NCBI RefSeq assembly: GCF_009834535.1
Contig: NC_045697.1
Span: forward strand, 17,052,001 to 17,116,000
Source of the DNA: Camelus ferus
Taxonomy: Eukaryota
Direction of reading: 5' to 3'
DNA length: 64,000 nt
In this document: positions 61,516-64,000 of the stretch, one piece after another
Layout of the letters: each line of letters begins with the position of its first letter
Numbering within the stretch: position 1 is the stretch's first letter
The notes under the pieces: generated by a model
What the model saw: only the letters and a program-made list of their open reading frames with translations
What the model was told of the DNA's origin: nothing
The model's database searches: none
Position numbers and translations under genes: made by a program

Positions 61516-62729
61516 TCCACACTTCCAACAATATATACAGGTGAAATTGACTTTCTTCTTTGAGTCCTGAGGAATATGGATTGAGGGGTAGAGGAGAGAA
61601 GGCAAAAACATACTATTAGACAAATTTTCCCGGAAGAAGGGATGCAAATGAGACTGTAGAAAATGTGCTCATTAACTCTCTGCATTTGAAGTAAACTAAT
61701 GTTAAAAATTTCATGCTAAAAATCATCAGTTGGCTAACATCCTACACCCTCTAAACCTACCAAAAAAAAAAATCTAGTCTTCAGAACAATAACCCTGAGG
61801 CTTCACAAAAAGAAAAAGGCATGAAAAACAGATATAAGCATGTTTCCATGATATATCTTAGAATGAACTTTCAACCAAAAAGGTTTAAAAAAAAAGTTTT
61901 CCAAGAAAAAACTCCATTTACCTCCCAAATGTTCTAGTTCTATATTTTTCCAGATAATAATCTCTGGTTTCCTATCCCAGCCCATCATCATTGTGATGAC
62001 AGAGAAAAGTGACTAATTCAAAGTTCCAGAAGAGGCTCAAACAGTAAAACAGTAACATAATTTACACCCAAGTGATCAGCCCTATCCTCAGAATTAGATT
62101 TGAATCCGTACAGCACACCCAGGGGTTGCCAATTTCATATAGCTTTGTTAACCTCATTCCCGGTCGTTGCCAGAACTGGCTGAGAAAGTGTACGCAGTGT
62201 GTTCATGCAGCAAAAGTGAGATCATTTATTAACGTCGTGCTGTGGCTATGGGGATGGGAATGGAGTCACAGGGCCTGTTTCACCTACCAAAGATTTCTAC
62301 CAGCCCACAGATGAAGAGATTTGGGGATACAGACTAGCATTCCATAATGCCCATCAACTCAAATGAAAGCTCTTGCAGGGAAGAACTTCATGTCTTCTGT
62401 TCCTCTCTTCCCCTGTTCCACCTAACATCTGGTTAGGAATATTGCTGCCCCCTGAAAGATACATGTGGCTTGATAAGAAACATCCCAGGAGGGTTGTAAG
62501 CCAACCTTGATTTGTGGCTACAAAGACCAAATAAAGCACATTCAGAACCTTCTGTTTCCAACACAGGGACCTGGATTTCTTTCCCGGAAGACTCAGAGAG
62601 AAGGTGGCAGCCTCCCCACTCCTGGGGAGAAAGTGTATCAACCACAAGCTCCTTGCAGATTCAGATTCTTTTGCTTTGGAACCAGAGAGAAGGAAATTGA
62701 CCTACCCTCACCCAGGAACCATGACACCT

Positions 62730-62900
62730 CTGCCTGGACCCCAGCTGTATTCGAGATTTACCGTGTGGCCTTGGGCAGCTCGTTCAACCTCTCACAACCT
62801 CTCAGTGTCTTAATTTCTTCATCTGGAAAATGAAGATGCTACCTACACCACGGGCACAACGTTTCAAGGTTAATGCATGAGGTGGATATTGAAATGCACC
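62730..62900 (+). mobile_element. MIR SINE
   Basis: gtgtggccttgggcagctcgttcaacctctc...tttcttcatctggaaaatga. Confidence 0.75.
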
Positions 62901-63859
62901 ATTGCAGGGGAACGTCTAATTCGGGGGAGGCAGTCAGGCACAGCAGCGCACTTCTGGGTGGTTATAACATATGCGGGATCGCAAAACGGGGCCCTAAGGT
63001 TAGTAGCACACATGACGAGTGCAATTTGCAGTACACCACCTGGTGTCTTTTATTGTTATTGCCAAGTGCAGTTGATAAAGCAAACAAAGGAAAGGGGCAG
63101 GAGCCCTCATTTATCAAACATATTGATACAAATCTGATATTGACAGGCAACAGGCCGCTTTTAGATTCAGATCAATAAATCCATTTCATGATACAGTACA
63201 ATCCCAACACTTTGGCCCCAAATCCATCCATCTAGATATTAGAAATCCATCCTGCTTTGCCTGCAGTCTGTCAAATGTCACCATGGAGTGCAGAAGCCAC
63301 CCTGCCAAGTCTATATCCTGAACTAAATCCCAATGGAAACTTCCCAGATATAAATAACCACTAAGAACATACAGGGAAGAAAAATAGCTATGAAGTTTCA
63401 CTCGTACTTTTTTTTTCCTTTTCGCCTATGACAAGTAAAAAAAAAATCATAGAGTTACTCACTCCAAAAACAATCTAAAACCAGAAGGTTTAACCAATTC
63501 AATTTTCTAGTCACTGTGACAACTGTTTTCATCCGTGGAACAGCATTTGGGGCACGTATACAGGCCTAATCCCGTGGTGCCCTCACGGGCAGGCTCCGCT
63601 GGAAACTCTGAGAGAAGCTTCCGTTCCCGTGGGCAGTGGCATTTGATGACACTCAGAATCTCATGCCATGAAGGCAGGTTCTTTATTTACAGTCTGAGAG
63701 GGAGAACCTTTCCTTCTACTTCTGAGTTGATTATTGTGATCCCGGGGAATCAGTGGCAAGGAAAGTCCAGTTTAACAGGGAGTGGGGAAACCCACTCGGT
63801 GTCTGCAAGGCCCCAGAGAGTAGCAGAAAGAAAACGGAACGCTGAGCTTGAAAACTGGC

Positions 63860-64000
63860 ATAGCCAGACTTAAATCAGGCAGAACCAAAAGCACATGGTC
63901 TCAGTTAAATCATTTTGCCTCCTGGAGCCTCAATTTCCCCACTGCCCATGGTGAAGAGAGCTGTGTGAGAATGAAATCGCATGAAACCCCTGGCACAATG
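63860..64000 (+). mobile_element. MIR fragment
   Basis: cctcctggagcctcaatttcccc...tgtgagaatgaaat...cctggcaca. Confidence 0.6.

Noticed and set aside
54..63873. ORF-track peptides as genes
   Set aside because: All are short, none resembles a protein I know, and many overlap repeats or low-complexity tracts; this is the expected background for non-coding DNA

Overview
Mammalian non-coding genomic DNA, very probably camelid (alpaca/llama/camel): it carries two ~140-bp tRNA-derived SINEs of the vic-1 type and artiodactyl-type L1 3' ends. I find no recognisable protein-coding exon, RNA gene, CRISPR array or prokaryote-like system; the ORF track is noise apart from a decayed L1 ORF2 C-terminus. 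The window is rich in ancient repeats (MIR, L2, L3/CR1, MER5/MER20, MLT1, L1ME) with unique, partly CpG-retaining blocks that look like conserved non-coding elements. Young L1s, solo LTRs and most long A-runs lie on +, which suggests a large intron of a minus-strand gene that I cannot name. The best-supported oddities are: an exact 202-bp tandem duplication (39303-39706); a 5'-inverted, twin-primed L1 with a 19-bp inverted duplication (22893-23235); a 26-bp perfect palindrome inside an L1; several unverified minus-strand exon candidates (best 31405-31608); and a 125-bp CpG-undepleted segment at a MIR end. Repeat subfamily names are from memory, and the boundaries of old repeats are approximate.
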